Shown here one piece after another: positions 30,142-42,577 of a DNA stretch of 64,000 nt. Source of the stretch: a bacterium (lineage in GTDB: Bacteria > UBA8248); contig OZ242260.1 of assembly GCA_965207065.1 (NCBI GenBank), positions 2,496,001 to 2,560,000 of the forward strand, in the 5' to 3' direction. Position numbers and translations under genes: made by a program. Positions within the stretch are counted from its first letter, which is position 1. Each line of letters begins with the position of its first letter. The notes under the pieces were generated by a model. That model was not told the origin of the DNA. It was given only the letters and a program-made list of their open reading frames with translations, and did not search any database.

Positions 30142-31264
30142 ATGGAAGAATTATGCAAGAAATGTGAGCAACTGGAGGCACGCCTCCTTGAACTGCGAGG
30201 GCGGCTTTGACCTCGATCGACTGGAGGCGGAGTGCGCCAGACTCGATAAACTCGCCGGAGAAGAGGATTTCTGGAGCGACCCCGAAGCCGCCCAAAACAC
30301 GCTGAGAAAGCGCGCATCGATAGAAAAAACAATACGCAACTGGGAGAGCCTCAGCGGGAGACTCAACGAGCAGAAAGAGCTTCTCCAGCTTCTCCAGATG
30401 GAAGAAACATCCGAGTCGGAACTCCTGAGTGAAATCGAAGATGCTCTTTCTTCTCTTTTCAAGGAGATCGAGCGCCTGGAGTTCCACCTGGTCATGGATT
30501 CCGAGGAAGACAGGGCAGGCGCCATTTTCTCTGTGAATGCAGGGGCGGGTGGCGTCGAAAGCCAGGATTGGGCCGAAATGCTCTTGCGCATGTACACGAG
30601 ATGGGCGGAGGAGAAGGGGTACCAGGCGCGCCTCGTTTCCATACTCGGGGGGGATGAGGCCGGCATCAAGAACGCTACCCTCATCATCCAGGGAGATTAT
30701 GCTTACGGGTATCTTCGGGCGGAAGTCGGCGTGCATCGCTTGATAAGGATTTCACCTTTCGACGCCAGCGCGAAGAGACACACCTCTTTTGCTTCCGTGG
30801 ATGTCGTGCCGGAGGTGTCGGACGACGTGGAAATCGAGATCGATGAGAACGATTTGCGCATCGACGTGTTCAGGAGTTCGGGCGCCGGCGGTCAGCATGT
30901 GAATACCACGGATTCCGCGGTGCGGATGACGCACCTGCCTACGGGCATCGTGGTCTCATGCCAGAACGAGAGAAGCCAGCACAAGAATCGCGCGACGGCC
31001 ATGAAGCTGCTGCGCGGCCAGTTGTACGAAATGGAGAAACGAAAACGGGACGAAGAAAAAGAAGCGCAGCACGCCATGAAGAAAACCATCGGATTCGGGA
31101 GCCAGATTCGTTCCTACACCCTGCATCCGTACCGGATGGTGAAGGATCATCGAACAGACATGGAGCGCTCGGACGTGAACGCTGTATTGGACGGGAACAT
31201 CGACGCGTTCATTGACGCCTATCTCCTCTCGTTGATACAGGAGAAGGCGAATGCGCGCACGTAA
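30142..31264 (+). CDS. prfB: Peptide chain release factor 2, translated via a programmed +1 frameshift
   Basis: ATG at 30142 (GGAG SD) gives 22 codons ending CTT TGA C at 30205-30211. The +1 frame continues DLDRLE... with SPF and GGQ motifs. Confidence 0.96.
30197..30211 (+). promoter_or_regulatory. RF2 frameshift signal (internal SD-like GAGGG, then CTT TGA C)
   Basis: Sequence GAGGGCGGCTTTGAC. Confidence 0.92.
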
Positions 31265-31346
31265 TCGCCGCCAGCTGAACCAGATGGAAGCGGATGGGGA
31301 AATCACGGTTTCATGGACATAGAGAGAGCATGGGAGGAGCGCCCCC

Positions 31347-32879
31347 GTGGCGGATGAAACAACGCCATCGCCTGATGAGCGGGACGATGAAAACATTTTG
31401 ACCCAGCAGCGCAGGAAGAAGCTCGAAGGGATACGATCGTCGGGAGCCAACCCTTTCGTGAACCGGTTTTCGACGACGCACCAGATAGGCGTCATCGTCC
31501 AGGAATACCGTGACGTGCCTGCGGATGGTTTCGAGGAAGCGAAAGAGGCGAGTTTTTCCGTGGCGGGGAGAATCATCGCCAAGCGGGTGCAGGGGAAAGT
31601 CGCCTTTATCGACCTGCGGGACGGAGCGGGACAGATCCAGCTGTTCATCCGGATGAACGAGATCGGCGAGGAGGCTTTTCAATCCGCCAGGGATCTCGAC
31701 ATCGGCGACATCGTCGGGGCGGAGGGCGGGGTGTTCCGGACCAGGATGGGCGAACTCTCCATCTGGGTTCGCCGGATAAGCCTCCTGACGAAAAGTTTGC
31801 GGCCGTTGCCTGAAAAGTGGCATGGCCTCAGAAACGTGGAGGCCCGCTACCGGCAGCGGTATGTGGATTTGATAGCAAATCCCGAGGTGGTCGAGGTGTT
31901 CCGGGTGCGCACCCGGATGATTCAGTCGATGCGCCGCTTTCTGGACGAACTGAATTTTATCGAAGTCGAAACGCCGATGATGCAGGCCATCGCCGGCGGG
32001 GCGACGGCCAGACCGTTCACGACCTACCACAATACCCTGGAAATGCCCTTGTTCCTCCGCGTGGCGCCCGAACTCTATCTCAAGCGCCTGGTTGTCGGTG
32101 GGATGGACCGTGTCTACGAAATCAACCGCAATTTCAGGAATGAAGGCATATCCACCCAGCACAACCCCGAATTCACCATGCTGGAATTCTATATGGCGTA
32201 TGCGGACTATAACGACTTGATGGAGTTGACGGAAAAGATGCTGGGGTCGCTGGCCCGGGAAATTCTGGGGGATGACGTCCTGAAGTACGGGGACGAGGAA
32301 ATCTCGTTTCGAGCGCCCTGGGCGCGGCATGAATGGCGCGATTCCATCGTGTCGGTGGGCGGAGCGCCGGACGATGTGTTGGAGGATCATGGAAAAGCCC
32401 GCCTTTTCGCCAGAAAAATTGCAGAACCCAGGGGGTATCCCATACCGGACGATATGAGCCACGTGCACATCCTGGAGTATCTGTTCGAGGAACTGGTGGA
32501 GCCGAAACTCAGGCAGCCCACGTTCGTCTATGATTTTCCAAAAGCCCTTTCGCCGCTCTCCAAGAGCCGGGAAGACGACCCGGATACCGTGGAGCGGTTT
32601 GAACTCATCATCGCCGGGCGCGAGATCGCCAATGCCTACACGGAGTTGAATGATCCAGACGACCAGCGCGCGCGCTTCGAGCAACAAGAAGCGATGCGAG
32701 AGGCCGGCGATGAGGAGGCCCATGAGATCGACTGGGACTATCTGACGGCCTTGGAATACGGCCTGCCGCCTACGGCTGGGGAGGGGATCGGGATCGACAG
32801 GCTCGCGATGCTGCTGACGAATACGCATTCGATTCGGGACGTCATCCTTTTCCCCCTGTTGCGCAAACACCAGGACTGA
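31347..32879 (+). CDS. lysS: Lysyl-tRNA synthetase, class II
   Basis: [31 protein letters not shown] and [19 protein letters not shown] start with GGGAGG SD. Confidence 0.97.
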   Translation: MADETTPSPDERDDENILTQQRRKKLEGIRSSGANPFVNRFSTTHQIGVIVQEYRDVPADGFEEAKEASFSVAGRIIAKRVQGKVAFIDLRDGAGQIQLFIRMNEIGEEAFQSARDLDIGDIVGAEGGVFRTRMGELSIWVRRISLLTKSLRPLPEKWHGLRNVEARYRQRYVDLIANPEVVEVFRVRTRMIQSMRRFLDELNFIEVETPMMQAIAGGATARPFTTYHNTLEMPLFLRVAPELYLKRLVVGGMDRVYEINRNFRNEGISTQHNPEFTMLEFYMAYADYNDLMELTEKMLGSLAREILGDDVLKYGDEEISFRAPWARHEWRDSIVSVGGAPDDVLEDHGKARLFARKIAEPRGYPIPDDMSHVHILEYLFEELVEPKLRQPTFVYDFPKALSPLSKSREDDPDTVERFELIIAGREIANAYTELNDPDDQRARFEQQEAMREAGDEEAHEIDWDYLTALEYGLPPTAGEGIGIDRLAMLLTNTHSIRDVILFPLLRKHQD

Positions 32880-32881
32880 AA

Positions 32882-34144
32882 ATGTCTTTATCCACGGAAC
32901 TGTTCATCGGCTTCAGGCATTTGCGCTCGCGCAGCAAACTCGCCTTCGTCTCGCTCACGACCTGGATATCCGTACTGGGCATCGCGCTGGGCGTTGCCAC
33001 CCTCATCGTTGTCGTGGGAGTCATGACCGGTTTTCAGCGGGAATTTCGCGACAAGATACTGGGCACGCAGAGTCATATCGTCATCACGAAATCAGGGGCT
33101 ACCCTGATGCGCAAATGGCAGGATGTCCTGCAGAAGGCGCGCAAACATGAGGGCGTAGTGGCGGCGAGTCCCTTTGTCTACGGGCAGGCGATGTTCTCGT
33201 TCAAGAACCGTGTGTTGGGCGCGGTGGTGCGCGGGATTGTTCCGGGTCGGGAAATCGACGTGACGGACATCAGAAGATACTTGAAGGACGGTACGCTGAA
33301 AAAGATTTTGGGAAATACCAGCGCAGGCAAGCCCGGCATTATCATCGGGGCCGAGCTCGCGAAGAACTTGCACCTCAAAGAGGGTGATACGGTGATGATG
33401 GTCAGCCCCGTGGGCGTGGTTACGCCGATGGGCCTGGTGCCTCGAACAAAAAAATTTCAGGTGGTGGGAATCTTCCGCAGCGGCTTTTATCAGTACGATG
33501 CCAGCCTCTCGTTCATCTCGATGAAGGAAAGCCAGGCATTCTTTGGATTCGGCAAATCCGTGACGGGGGTGCATTTGCGCGTGAAGGACATTTTTTCGGC
33601 AGAGCGCATTTCCCGCAATATTCAGGGAACTCTCTCTACCGACTATTTGTCGCGCTCCTGGCAGGAAATGAATCGCAACCTTTTTTCAGCGCTGAAAACG
33701 GAAAAAACCACGCTTACCATCCTTCTCCTCCTCGTCGTCGTCGTGGCCGCCTTCAACATCATAGGCTCACTGGTCATGGTGGTGATGGAAAAAGGGCGTG
33801 AAATCGCGATCTTGAAGTCGATGGGGGCGACGAGCAGCGCAATTCTAAGAATATTTTTCGTGCAAGGCGCCTTTATCGGTTTGGTAGGCGCTGTATTGGG
33901 AACCTGTGGGGGCCTCGTTCTGGGGTGGAATCTCCATATAGTTGAGGATTTCTTAGAGCGCGCCTTTGGTCTGGACATACTACCCCCCAGCGTTTACCAT
34001 ATAGAGAAATTACCGGTGCAGATGACGCCATTTGATGTCTCTGTTACTGCAATCACTGCTTTTTTTATTTGCTTGGCGGCGACACTTTATCCAGCGTGGC
34101 GGGCTTCTCGCGTCGATCCGGTAGAAAATCTCCGTTATGGTTGA
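32882..34144 (+). CDS. lolE: Lipoprotein-releasing ABC transporter permease LolC/E
   Basis: GIALGVATLIVV, W..MNRNLFSAL..EK, EIAILKSMGA and YPAWRASRVDP. Confidence 0.9.
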   Translation: MSLSTELFIGFRHLRSRSKLAFVSLTTWISVLGIALGVATLIVVVGVMTGFQREFRDKILGTQSHIVITKSGATLMRKWQDVLQKARKHEGVVAASPFVYGQAMFSFKNRVLGAVVRGIVPGREIDVTDIRRYLKDGTLKKILGNTSAGKPGIIIGAELAKNLHLKEGDTVMMVSPVGVVTPMGLVPRTKKFQVVGIFRSGFYQYDASLSFISMKESQAFFGFGKSVTGVHLRVKDIFSAERISRNIQGTLSTDYLSRSWQEMNRNLFSALKTEKTTLTILLLLVVVVAAFNIIGSLVMVVMEKGREIAILKSMGATSSAILRIFFVQGAFIGLVGAVLGTCGGLVLGWNLHIVEDFLERAFGLDILPPSVYHIEKLPVQMTPFDVSVTAITAFFICLAATLYPAWRASRVDPVENLRYG

Positions 34145-34874
34145 TTCGGGTACATTGGAGATGAGCGAATCTGCTGCACCAAAAGACGTGTCGACGCATG
34201 TCATCTTCACCAGGGGACTGGAAAAATCATACGCCATGGGCAGCGGCGAGGTGATGGCTCTGAGCGGAGTTGATCTCCAAGTTGCGCATGGCGAGATGTT
34301 GGCCATCATGGGGGTCTCGGGAGCGGGGAAAACCACCTTGCTCCATATTTTGGGAGCACTCGACAGACCGACGAAAGGCGAAGTGATCCTGGAGGGCAAG
34401 AGCCTCCATGAGCGCTCCGAAGTCGAGTTGGCCCGATTGAGAAATCAGTATGTGGGTTTTGTATTCCAGTTTCATCATTTGTTGCCGGAGTTTTCCGGGC
34501 TGGAAAATGTTATGATACCCGGGATGTTGCGCGGCGCCCGGAAAAAAGAGGTGGAAGAGCAGGCGAAGGAATTGTTAAGCCGGATAGGCCTGGCTGACAG
34601 GTGGAATCATCGGCCGGGAGAACTTTCAGGCGGTGAGCAGCAAAGGGTTGCTATTGCCCGCGCGTTAATTAACAATCCTTCTGTAGTACTCGCGGATGAA
34701 CCGACGGGGAATCTGGATTCATCGACTGCGGAAACGATTTTTGAATTACTCCGGGAAATTAACGAAAGAAGCGGACAAACGATTTTGGTGGCGACGCACA
34801 ATGCTTCGATGGCGGAAAGAATGGATCGTGTGATCGCCGTGGTGGATGGAAAAATAGCTCATAATAAAAAGTAA
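34137..34874 (+). CDS. lolD: Lipoprotein-releasing ABC transporter ATPase
   Basis: GVSGAGKTT, GFVFQFHHLL (LolD motif), LSGGEQQR and DEPTGNLD. Start may be 34161. Confidence 0.93.
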   Translation: MVDSGTLEMSESAAPKDVSTHVIFTRGLEKSYAMGSGEVMALSGVDLQVAHGEMLAIMGVSGAGKTTLLHILGALDRPTKGEVILEGKSLHERSEVELARLRNQYVGFVFQFHHLLPEFSGLENVMIPGMLRGARKKEVEEQAKELLSRIGLADRWNHRPGELSGGEQQRVAIARALINNPSVVLADEPTGNLDSSTAETIFELLREINERSGQTILVATHNASMAERMDRVIAVVDGKIAHNKK

Positions 34875-34884
34875 GGAGGGCCGT

Positions 34885-37329
34885 ATGTTCAAGCGATTCA
34901 CCGAGCGCGCCCGTAAAGTCATTATCCTGGCCAGAGAAGAGGCGGAGCACTACCGTCACGAATATCTGGGAACCGAACACATACTGCTTGGCGTGCTGAA
35001 GGACGGGGGCGGAATCGCCATCGCCGTTTTGCAGAAGCTGGGGGTCGACCCCAAACAGCTTCGGCTGGAGCTTGAACGCAATTTGCCCAAGAGTTTGAGC
35101 GGACCCGTGGAAGGGGACATCCCGTTTACGCCGAAAGCGAAGAAAGTGCTTGAGTACGCCGTCGAAGAGGCCCGTCTGATGGGTCATAACTATATCGGCA
35201 CCGAGCATCTGTTGTTGGGTATTGTCCGGGAGAAAGACGGATTGGCCGCGAAAATCCTGGCCAGCTTCGGCGTCAAGCTTCAGCAGACACGAGAGCAGAC
35301 CATCAACCTCTTGAGGGAGCCGGTGGCTGCGCGCTCTCGCGAGAAGAGCAAGACACCCGCGCTCGATGAATTCGGGCGAGACCTCACGGAGTTTGCCGAA
35401 GAAGGGAAACTCGACCCGGTCATCGGGCGAGAGCAGGAAATAGAGCGCGTCATCCAGATTCTCGCGCGACGCACGAAAAACAACCCTGTCTTGATTGGCG
35501 AGCCCGGTGTCGGGAAAACGGCTATTGTCGAAGGCTTGGCTCAATCGATTATCACGAAAGAAGTTCCCCAGATTTTGTACAACAAGCGCGTGGTTCAGCT
35601 TGATCTGGGCGCTTTGGTCGCAGGGACGAAATATCGCGGTCAATTCGAGGCGCGCCTGAAAGCCATCATGAAGGAAATCACACAAAGCCAGGATGTGATT
35701 ATCTTCATCGATGAACTGCATACTTTGGTAGGCGCGGGCGCGGCGGAAGGCTCCATTGATGCTTCGAACATGCTGAAACCCGCCCTCAGCCGCGGAGAAA
35801 TTCAGTGCATCGGCGCCACCACGCTGGATGAGTATCGGAAATATATCGAGAAAAACGGCGCATTGGAGCGACGTTTCCAGTCTGTCATGGTGGACCCGCC
35901 GTCCGTGGATGATACGGTCAGTATACTGAAGGGTCTGAGAGATAAGTATGAGAAACACCACCGCGCGCAGCTGACGGACGATGCGCTCATCACCGCCGTT
36001 CGCCTGTCGTCCCAGTACGTGTCGGATCGCTTCTTGCCGGATAAGGCGATAGACGTCATTGATGAGGCGTGCAGCAAGGTACGTCTCGAGAAAGAAACCT
36101 TCCCCACCAACATACGGGATCTCCAGCGCCAGATAGAAGAGACGGTTCGCACGAAAAAAGACATGATCGAAAGGCAGGATTTTGAAAAGGCCGTCGAGTT
36201 GCGCGACCAGGAAGAACAGGACAGAAGCAGGCTCGACGAACTCAAAACCGAATGGGAGGCGGGCCAAACGGATGAGGAACCTTATGTCACCGAAGATGAT
36301 GTGGCATATGTGGTCAGCCGGATGACCGGAATTCCGTTGCAGCGCATCGGAGAAGTGGAGAACGAGCGTCTTCTCCGCATGGAAGAGGAGTTGAACAGCC
36401 ACATCATCGGACAGGAAGAAGCCACGCGCGCCATGACGAAGGCGGTTCGAAGGGCGCGTGCCGGCCTGAAAGGGCCCAAAAGGCCAATCGGCAGCTTCTT
36501 GTTCCTGGGTCCCACGGGCGTGGGCAAGACCGAGATGGCCAGAATGCTCGCCCAGTTCATGTTCGGCGACCCGAGCTCCCTCATTCGCATTGACATGAGT
36601 GAATATATGGAGAGATTCAACGTCTCCCGCCTCACGGGAGCGCCTCCGGGATACGTCGGCTATGAGGAGGGGGGACAACTCACCGAGCGTGTTCGCAGAA
36701 AGCCTTACTCCGTCGTGCTGCTCGATGAAATCGAGAAGGCGCATCCCGATGTTTACCACGTTTTACTTCAGGTGATGGACGACGGTCTGCTCACCGACAG
36801 CTATGGCCGCAATATTGACTTCAAGAATACCATCATCATCATGACTTCGAATCTGGCGGCCCGATCCATAGAGAAAGGGACATCCCTCGGCTTCCAGAAG
36901 GTGGACTCGGGCCTCAGCTTCGACAAAATGAAGGACAGCATTCGCGATGAACTGAAGCGCACCTTCAACCCCGAATTTTTGAACCGGATTGATGATGTCA
37001 TCATCTTCCGGCCGTTGACCCACGAGGACATCCTGAAAATCGTGGATATTGAAATCTCGAAGGTCAATGTGACGCTAAATGAAAAGGAAATGACGATTGA
37101 ACTGAGCAACGAAGCCAAAGACTGGCTTGCCAGACAGGGGTTTGAACCGGCTTATGGGGCAAGGCCTCTGCGTCGCGTTATCCAAAGACATATTGAAGAT
37201 ACCCTCAGCGAAGAAGTTTTGCACGGCAAATTCCAGGACGGGGGAACGATCCTGGCGAAGTTGGCTGGGGATGAATTGGTATTCGAATTGAAAGAAGACA
37301 CGGAAGTGCTCAGTGTCCAAGACTTATAG
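34885..37329 (+). CDS. clpC: ATP-dependent Clp protease ATPase subunit ClpC
   Basis: Two Clp-N repeats, GEPGVGKT, a short UVR middle domain, GPTGVGKT and a ClpP-binding LGF loop. Confidence 0.95.
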   Translation: MFKRFTERARKVIILAREEAEHYRHEYLGTEHILLGVLKDGGGIAIAVLQKLGVDPKQLRLELERNLPKSLSGPVEGDIPFTPKAKKVLEYAVEEARLMGHNYIGTEHLLLGIVREKDGLAAKILASFGVKLQQTREQTINLLREPVAARSREKSKTPALDEFGRDLTEFAEEGKLDPVIGREQEIERVIQILARRTKNNPVLIGEPGVGKTAIVEGLAQSIITKEVPQILYNKRVVQLDLGALVAGTKYRGQFEARLKAIMKEITQSQDVIIFIDELHTLVGAGAAEGSIDASNMLKPALSRGEIQCIGATTLDEYRKYIEKNGALERRFQSVMVDPPSVDDTVSILKGLRDKYEKHHRAQLTDDALITAVRLSSQYVSDRFLPDKAIDVIDEACSKVRLEKETFPTNIRDLQRQIEETVRTKKDMIERQDFEKAVELRDQEEQDRSRLDELKTEWEAGQTDEEPYVTEDDVAYVVSRMTGIPLQRIGEVENERLLRMEEELNSHIIGQEEATRAMTKAVRRARAGLKGPKRPIGSFLFLGPTGVGKTEMARMLAQFMFGDPSSLIRIDMSEYMERFNVSRLTGAPPGYVGYEEGGQLTERVRRKPYSVVLLDEIEKAHPDVYHVLLQVMDDGLLTDSYGRNIDFKNTIIIMTSNLAARSIEKGTSLGFQKVDSGLSFDKMKDSIRDELKRTFNPEFLNRIDDVIIFRPLTHEDILKIVDIEISKVNVTLNEKEMTIELSNEAKDWLARQGFEPAYGARPLRRVIQRHIEDTLSEEVLHGKFQDGGTILAKLAGDELVFELKEDTEVLSVQDL

Positions 37330-37381
37330 TTTCACTGCAAAATTGAAACTTGTTTCCCCTTTTTCCTCAGGGGGTGGTCTT

Positions 37382-39697
37382 ATGTGTTGCGCGGCGAAGG
37401 TGTTGGCCTGCGCCGTCTTGGCTGTCTTGTCTCTTGTTGCCGTTCCGCATGAGGCGACAGGACAGTCAACCTCACCGGCCATCACGATACGGGCCATTGA
37501 AGTCAAAGGGAATCGCCGGGTCGATCGTTCCACCGTTCTTTTCTACGTGAAGCTCAAAGAGGGAAAAAACTACACCAACACGGAATTGGTCCGGCAAACC
37601 CGCGCGGATGTCCGGGCCATATACAAACTGGGATTCTTCCGGGATGTGAGAGTTCAGGTGGAGCCTCTTGAAGGGGGGCTCCGCGTGATATATCAACTCA
37701 GCGAAAAACCCACGATCAACAAGATCGAAATTATCGGTAACAGCAGCCTGGAACTCGATAAAATCCGCGAGCACATGACGGTGAAGGTCCAGACCATCGT
37801 CAACGAATCCATTCTGAAAGAAAGTGTCCGTAACGTAAGAAAACTCTATCAGGATAGCGGCTATTATTTCGCGCGCGTGGAAGCGGTTCTCAAGGAAAGC
37901 GGCTTGAATACGGTGGCCGTCACCCTGGTGATCGATGAGGGTGAAAGCGTCAGCATCGGCTCGATTCATTTCGAAGGCAACGAGAACGTCTCCCAAAGAG
38001 AATTGCTCAAGACCATTGAAACCAGCGAAAAGGGCTTTTTCTCTTTCCTTACGAGTTCGGGGATCTTCAACGAAGAAGAGCTACAGAGGGACTTGGTGCG
38101 GATTCGCTTGCTGTACGAGAGCCGTGGCTACGCCAAAGTTCAGGTCAGCCAGCCCGTCATTCGCGAGGACCGGGGGAGGAACCGCATCGATATAACGATT
38201 CCCATCCGCGAAGGCTTTCGGTATAGACTCGCCAAAGTCGAGGTCCGCGGCGGGGAGGACGTCATCCCCGTAGAAGAGATTCGTCGGAAAATGCTCGTTT
38301 TCGTCGGCGATATTTTCAACAAATCCCGCCTGCTCTCGGATGTGCGGAAGATAACAAATCAATTTTCCAACCGAGGCTATGCGTTCGTGGATGTGAACAG
38401 TTTCACGAAAACGGACGATAAGAAGAAAACGGTCGACGTCACGGTACGAATCAACAAGGGGCGAAGGGTATACATCGGGAAAGTGGTGGTAGCAGGCAAT
38501 ACCCGCACTCGCGAGAACGTGATTCGCCGCAACGTTCGCGTTATCGAAGGGTCTTTGTACAGCGCAAGAGGATTGGGGTTGACGCGTCAGCGCCTGAGAC
38601 GCAAGAACTATTTCGAAACGGTGAAGGTCGTTGAAAAACGGCGTCCCGGCAACGATGAAATTCTCGACATCGAAATCGAGGTGAAGGAGAAGCCGACCGG
38701 CTCCATAACGGGCGGCCTCGGCGTCAATAGTGATGAGGGCCTTTACGGGCAAGGCGAATTGCGAGAAGCGAATTTGTTCGGCAAGGGCCTGGTTGGCTCC
38801 TTGTTCACCAGAATTTCTTCCCAGCGTTTTGATTTGGTAGCGGAATACTTCGATCCCAGTTTCCGGGATTCCGGCTACTCGCTTGGAGGAAGCCTCTTTT
38901 TTGTCGATCAGGAGTATGAGACTTTCGACAACGAAAGGCAGGGAGCCCGGATAACGGTCGGCAAGGAATTTCAGGAGTTCCTGAGGGGTTTGCTCTCCTA
39001 TGAGATCGCGGAATCGGAAATCAGCAATGTATCCACGAATGCGATTTCCACGATTCTCGAGCAGGAAGGGGACACTTTCCTCGAAAGCAGTCTCATCCCG
39101 AGGCTGGTCTACGATAGCCTGAACAGACCCATTTTCCCGACGGATGGCACTTACTGGAGCATCTCCTCCACGATTTCTTCATCGGCGCTGGGTGGAAACG
39201 TCGACGTTCTCACGACAGAAGCAGAGTTCAGGCAATATCATAACATCGGGGAGCGTTTCCGAATCCGCTTTTTGCGGGATTTGGTTTTGAGTTTGAGGGG
39301 CAATGTTCGCTACGTCGAACCGCTGGATGGCGAAGCGCCCGCGTTCCGTCGTTTGTACGCCACCAGAAAGTACACCGTTCGAGGGTTTACTTCCAGCGAC
39401 TTGGGGCCGAAGGATCCGCAGGGCGAAGCCATCGGCGGCTTCTCCGCCGCTCTCGGCTCAGCTGAATTGACGCATCCTTTCATCGGCCCGACGCAGGTTG
39501 CGTTTTTCTTTGATATGGGAAACATCTGGGATGAGGATAATGCCTTTGATTTCGGGGAATTGAGATACGGTGTCGGAATCGGCCTGCGCATCGTGACGCC
39601 AATCGGCCCCATGCGGCTCGATATCGGATACAAGCTGGATAGAAAAGAGAACGAGCGCAGAAGGGAAGCACACTTGGGAATCGGAGCCGCGTTCTAG
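37382..39697 (+). CDS. bamA: Outer membrane protein assembly factor BamA
   Basis: Signal peptide, POTRA repeats, VRGF, TPIGPMRLD and terminal Phe. ATG at 37382 is the probable start. Confidence 0.93.
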   Translation: MCCAAKVLACAVLAVLSLVAVPHEATGQSTSPAITIRAIEVKGNRRVDRSTVLFYVKLKEGKNYTNTELVRQTRADVRAIYKLGFFRDVRVQVEPLEGGLRVIYQLSEKPTINKIEIIGNSSLELDKIREHMTVKVQTIVNESILKESVRNVRKLYQDSGYYFARVEAVLKESGLNTVAVTLVIDEGESVSIGSIHFEGNENVSQRELLKTIETSEKGFFSFLTSSGIFNEEELQRDLVRIRLLYESRGYAKVQVSQPVIREDRGRNRIDITIPIREGFRYRLAKVEVRGGEDVIPVEEIRRKMLVFVGDIFNKSRLLSDVRKITNQFSNRGYAFVDVNSFTKTDDKKKTVDVTVRINKGRRVYIGKVVVAGNTRTRENVIRRNVRVIEGSLYSARGLGLTRQRLRRKNYFETVKVVEKRRPGNDEILDIEIEVKEKPTGSITGGLGVNSDEGLYGQGELREANLFGKGLVGSLFTRISSQRFDLVAEYFDPSFRDSGYSLGGSLFFVDQEYETFDNERQGARITVGKEFQEFLRGLLSYEIAESEISNVSTNAISTILEQEGDTFLESSLIPRLVYDSLNRPIFPTDGTYWSISSTISSSALGGNVDVLTTEAEFRQYHNIGERFRIRFLRDLVLSLRGNVRYVEPLDGEAPAFRRLYATRKYTVRGFTSSDLGPKDPQGEAIGGFSAALGSAELTHPFIGPTQVAFFFDMGNIWDEDNAFDFGELRYGVGIGLRIVTPIGPMRLDIGYKLDRKENERRREAHLGIGAAF

Positions 39698-39746
39698 GAT
39701 CGCGCGTGTCGATTTGCCTTTGATTTTGATGAGGAGGATGTTTGAA

Positions 39747-40316
39747 GTGAGGCGGCATGGCTTATGTATCTTGATATTTCCGGTGCTTCTCGCCTTCGCC
39801 TATGCAGGTCACGCGGAATCTGCGAATGTGAAATACGGCGTCGTAAACATTCAGCGCGTTTTACAAACTTCAAAAGGCGGGCGGACCGCGCGGTCGTTAT
39901 TGGAAAGGGAGAAAAAGAGGCTCCAAACCACGATTCAAAAGAGGCGCGAAGATTTAGCTGCAATTGCGAAAAAAGTACGGGAGTTGCAATTGGAGATTGA
40001 GCAGAAAAGCGCAATTTGGCGCCAGGAAGAAAAAGAGCGCAAGGCGTTCGACTTGAGGTCTCAAAAAAGGGAGTTCGCGCGTGAGCAAGACAACTTGAGA
40101 CGATTGGTGCGAGAGAGCGAACGAGACCTTCAGGATCGCGGAAGAACCGCTACTAATACGGTTTTGAAGGAAGTTCGTGTCATCGTTGAGGAACTAGGGA
40201 AACAAGAAGGTTTGGATGTCATTGTAGACGAAGCCTCTGGCGGTGTCTTGTTCTTTAACCCGGGAGTGGATCTAACCGAGAGGGTGATCAAGCTATACGA
40301 CCAGAAGAAGAAATAA
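39747..40316 (+). CDS. skp: Skp/OmpH periplasmic chaperone
   Basis: Signal peptide, GVVNIQRVL, coiled coil and DLTERVI. Lies between bamA and lpxD. GTG start after GAGGAGG. Confidence 0.88.
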   Translation: MRRHGLCILIFPVLLAFAYAGHAESANVKYGVVNIQRVLQTSKGGRTARSLLEREKKRLQTTIQKRREDLAAIAKKVRELQLEIEQKSAIWRQEEKERKAFDLRSQKREFAREQDNLRRLVRESERDLQDRGRTATNTVLKEVRVIVEELGKQEGLDVIVDEASGGVLFFNPGVDLTERVIKLYDQKKK

Positions 40317-40317
40317 A

Positions 40318-41325
40318 ATGCTTCTCGCAGACATCGCAAATCTGCTCGGCGGGGAACTTACCGGCGACGGTAACGTAGACTTACACGACGTGGCCGAGTA
40401 TGAAAAGGCCAGGCCAACGGATTTAAGCTATGTGGAGTCGGCGAAAAAGCTGAGTACGCATTCCAACGCAGGTGCCCTCATCGTTCCCCAGGGTTTGGAA
40501 ACCAATCGCCCATCTATTTCCACCAATAACCCCCGGTTATCTTTCGCTCGTGCGGTATCGCTGTTTCGACCACCTCGAAAATTCCAGCCGGGAATTGATG
40601 ACGACGCCAGAATTTCCGATACGGCGCGCCTGGGAGATGGTGTATATGTAGGCCCGTTCGCGTCCCTCGCCGGTGGTGTTGTGCTGGGCGACGGTTCATA
40701 TATCGGGGCGGGTGTGCATGTCGGCGAAAACGTGAACATCGGTTCGAAGTGTTTCATACATCCGAATTGTGTTTTGTGCGCTGATGTGGAAATCGGAGCG
40801 CGGGTGACCCTCCATGCCGGAGTCGTCGTAGGGGCGGATGGGTTTGGATATATTCCCGATGAGGAGGGACGTTTTTTCAAATACCCGCAGACGGGCACGG
40901 TTGTCATAGAGGATGATGTCGAAATCGGGGCGAACACTACGATTGATCGGGCCACGCTCACGGAAACGAGAATCGGCCGTGGCACGAAAATCGACAACCA
41001 GGTCCAAATAGCGCACAACGTCGTGATTGGGGAGGATTGCATACTAGCGAGCCAGGTGGGCATTGCGGGTAGTGTGACGATCGGACGGGGCGTCATGATG
41101 GGTGGGCGTGTCGGGGTGGCGGATCATGTCGAAATTGGTGATGACGCCAAGCTGGGTGCGAATTCCGGCGTGCTGAATAGTCTGGAGGGCGGGAAAACAT
41201 ATATGCACTTTCCGGCGACGGAAATTCGCGATGCGCGTAGGCGAATTGCGGTATTGAAGAATTTGCCAAGGCTCTCGAAAAGAGTAAATCGACTCGAAAG
41301 AAAGATTGGTGAATTAGAATCATGA
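40318..41325 (+). CDS. lpxD: UDP-3-O-acyl-glucosamine N-acyltransferase
   Basis: Hexapeptide repeats, [17 protein letters not shown] and [12 protein letters not shown]. Confidence 0.95.
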   Translation: MLLADIANLLGGELTGDGNVDLHDVAEYEKARPTDLSYVESAKKLSTHSNAGALIVPQGLETNRPSISTNNPRLSFARAVSLFRPPRKFQPGIDDDARISDTARLGDGVYVGPFASLAGGVVLGDGSYIGAGVHVGENVNIGSKCFIHPNCVLCADVEIGARVTLHAGVVVGADGFGYIPDEEGRFFKYPQTGTVVIEDDVEIGANTTIDRATLTETRIGRGTKIDNQVQIAHNVVIGEDCILASQVGIAGSVTIGRGVMMGGRVGVADHVEIGDDAKLGANSGVLNSLEGGKTYMHFPATEIRDARRRIAVLKNLPRLSKRVNRLERKIGELES

Positions 41326-41762
41326 TCGATAGTCAGCGGATTCAGGAACTAATCCCGCATAGAGATCCGTTTCTATTCGTCGATCAGGTAACGAATATCG
41401 ACACGGAAGAAAATTCTGTCGTAGCCCAGAAAAAAATTTCGATTGATGAACCTTTTTTCAGAGGGCATTTCCCTGGTAATCCCATCATGCCGGGTGTGTT
41501 GATAATCGAAGCGTTGGCGCAGACCGGTTTGATTTGCCTGTTCGAGTTGAAATTGGCCGAGCCGGAGGCTGAATTTTTCTTCACGGGCATCGAGCAGGTA
41601 AAATTCAGGCGTCCCGTTGTACCCGGCGATTTGTTGGAGTTGCACGCAAAACTCCTGAAAAACAGAAGGACTTTGTGGAAGTTCGAAGGGCGGGCATTTG
41701 CAGGGGGTCAAATAGCCGCCGAAGGTGTTTTCACTGCTTACGCCACTCCCCGTGCACGATAA
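41322..41762 (+). CDS. fabZ: 3-hydroxyacyl-ACP dehydratase
   Basis: [32 protein letters not shown] and FRRPVVPGD. Confidence 0.95.
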   Translation: MIDSQRIQELIPHRDPFLFVDQVTNIDTEENSVVAQKKISIDEPFFRGHFPGNPIMPGVLIIEALAQTGLICLFELKLAEPEAEFFFTGIEQVKFRRPVVPGDLLELHAKLLKNRRTLWKFEGRAFAGGQIAAEGVFTAYATPRAR

Positions 41763-41765
41763 AAA

Positions 41766-42548
41766 TTGAGCGACATAGCCCCCACTTCTCATATCCATCC
41801 GGAATCGCAACTCGGGCAGGATTTGAAAATCGGCCCGGGCGCTTTCGTGGGCGCCGATGTGATTCTTCGAGACGGATGCGAAATCGGACAAAACGCAACC
41901 ATCCAGGGTCCTGCCGTAATAGGGGAGGGGTGCCGGATTTTTCCGAATGCCGTCATCGGCTTGGAAGCGCAGGTTGTTGATTTGCAGTCGGACTCGGGCG
42001 GGGTTGAAATCGGAGCGGGTACGATTATCCGCGAGACGGCGACGATTCATCGTTCGATGTATTCGGGTCAGAATACGGTGATCGGAAGTGGGTGCTACGT
42101 CATGGTCGGCGCGCATGTGGGCCATGATTGCCGCGTGGGCGATGGGGTGATTCTGGTGAACCATTGCTCCTTGGGAGGGCATGTGGAAGTTGGGGACAAT
42201 AGCTTCATCTCAAATTTCATCGGCGTGCATCAGCGGATGCGGGTTGGGGAAGGGGCGATACTGGTAGGTCCCATTGCGGTGAGGAAAGATGTGCCTCCCT
42301 TTGTCAAGATGGCGGGTGCTCCATTTCGCGTGGTTGGCCTGAATGTGGTCGGCTTGCGCAGAAGGGGCGTTTCGGCCGAAGTGAGAGCGGAAATAAAGCG
42401 TGTGTATGGAATTCTTTTCGATGAGCCTGGTACGATGGCTCAGAAATTAGAGAAAATGGAAGCGCAAGCGCCGTTAGGAGCGGAAATCCGTTCCGTGGTA
42501 GAATTCGTGCGCAATTCGAAGAATGGCATTTATCAAGGCCGCGTATAA
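41766..42548 (+). CDS. lpxA: Acyl-ACP:UDP-N-acetylglucosamine acyltransferase
   Basis: Hexapeptide repeats, IRE..TIHR, HVGHDC, VHQ, KDVPPF and GLNVVGLRRRG. Confidence 0.92.
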   Translation: MSDIAPTSHIHPESQLGQDLKIGPGAFVGADVILRDGCEIGQNATIQGPAVIGEGCRIFPNAVIGLEAQVVDLQSDSGGVEIGAGTIIRETATIHRSMYSGQNTVIGSGCYVMVGAHVGHDCRVGDGVILVNHCSLGGHVEVGDNSFISNFIGVHQRMRVGEGAILVGPIAVRKDVPPFVKMAGAPFRVVGLNVVGLRRRGVSAEVRAEIKRVYGILFDEPGTMAQKLEKMEAQAPLGAEIRSVVEFVRNSKNGIYQGRV

Positions 42549-42577
42549 GAGTAGGTTTTTTAAGAGGTTAAAGGCCC

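Noticed and set aside
34759-36759. 666-aa minus-strand ORF opposite clpC (likewise 31311-32870 opposite lysS and 56215-57357 opposite msbA)
   Set aside because: Typical antisense frames of conserved genes.
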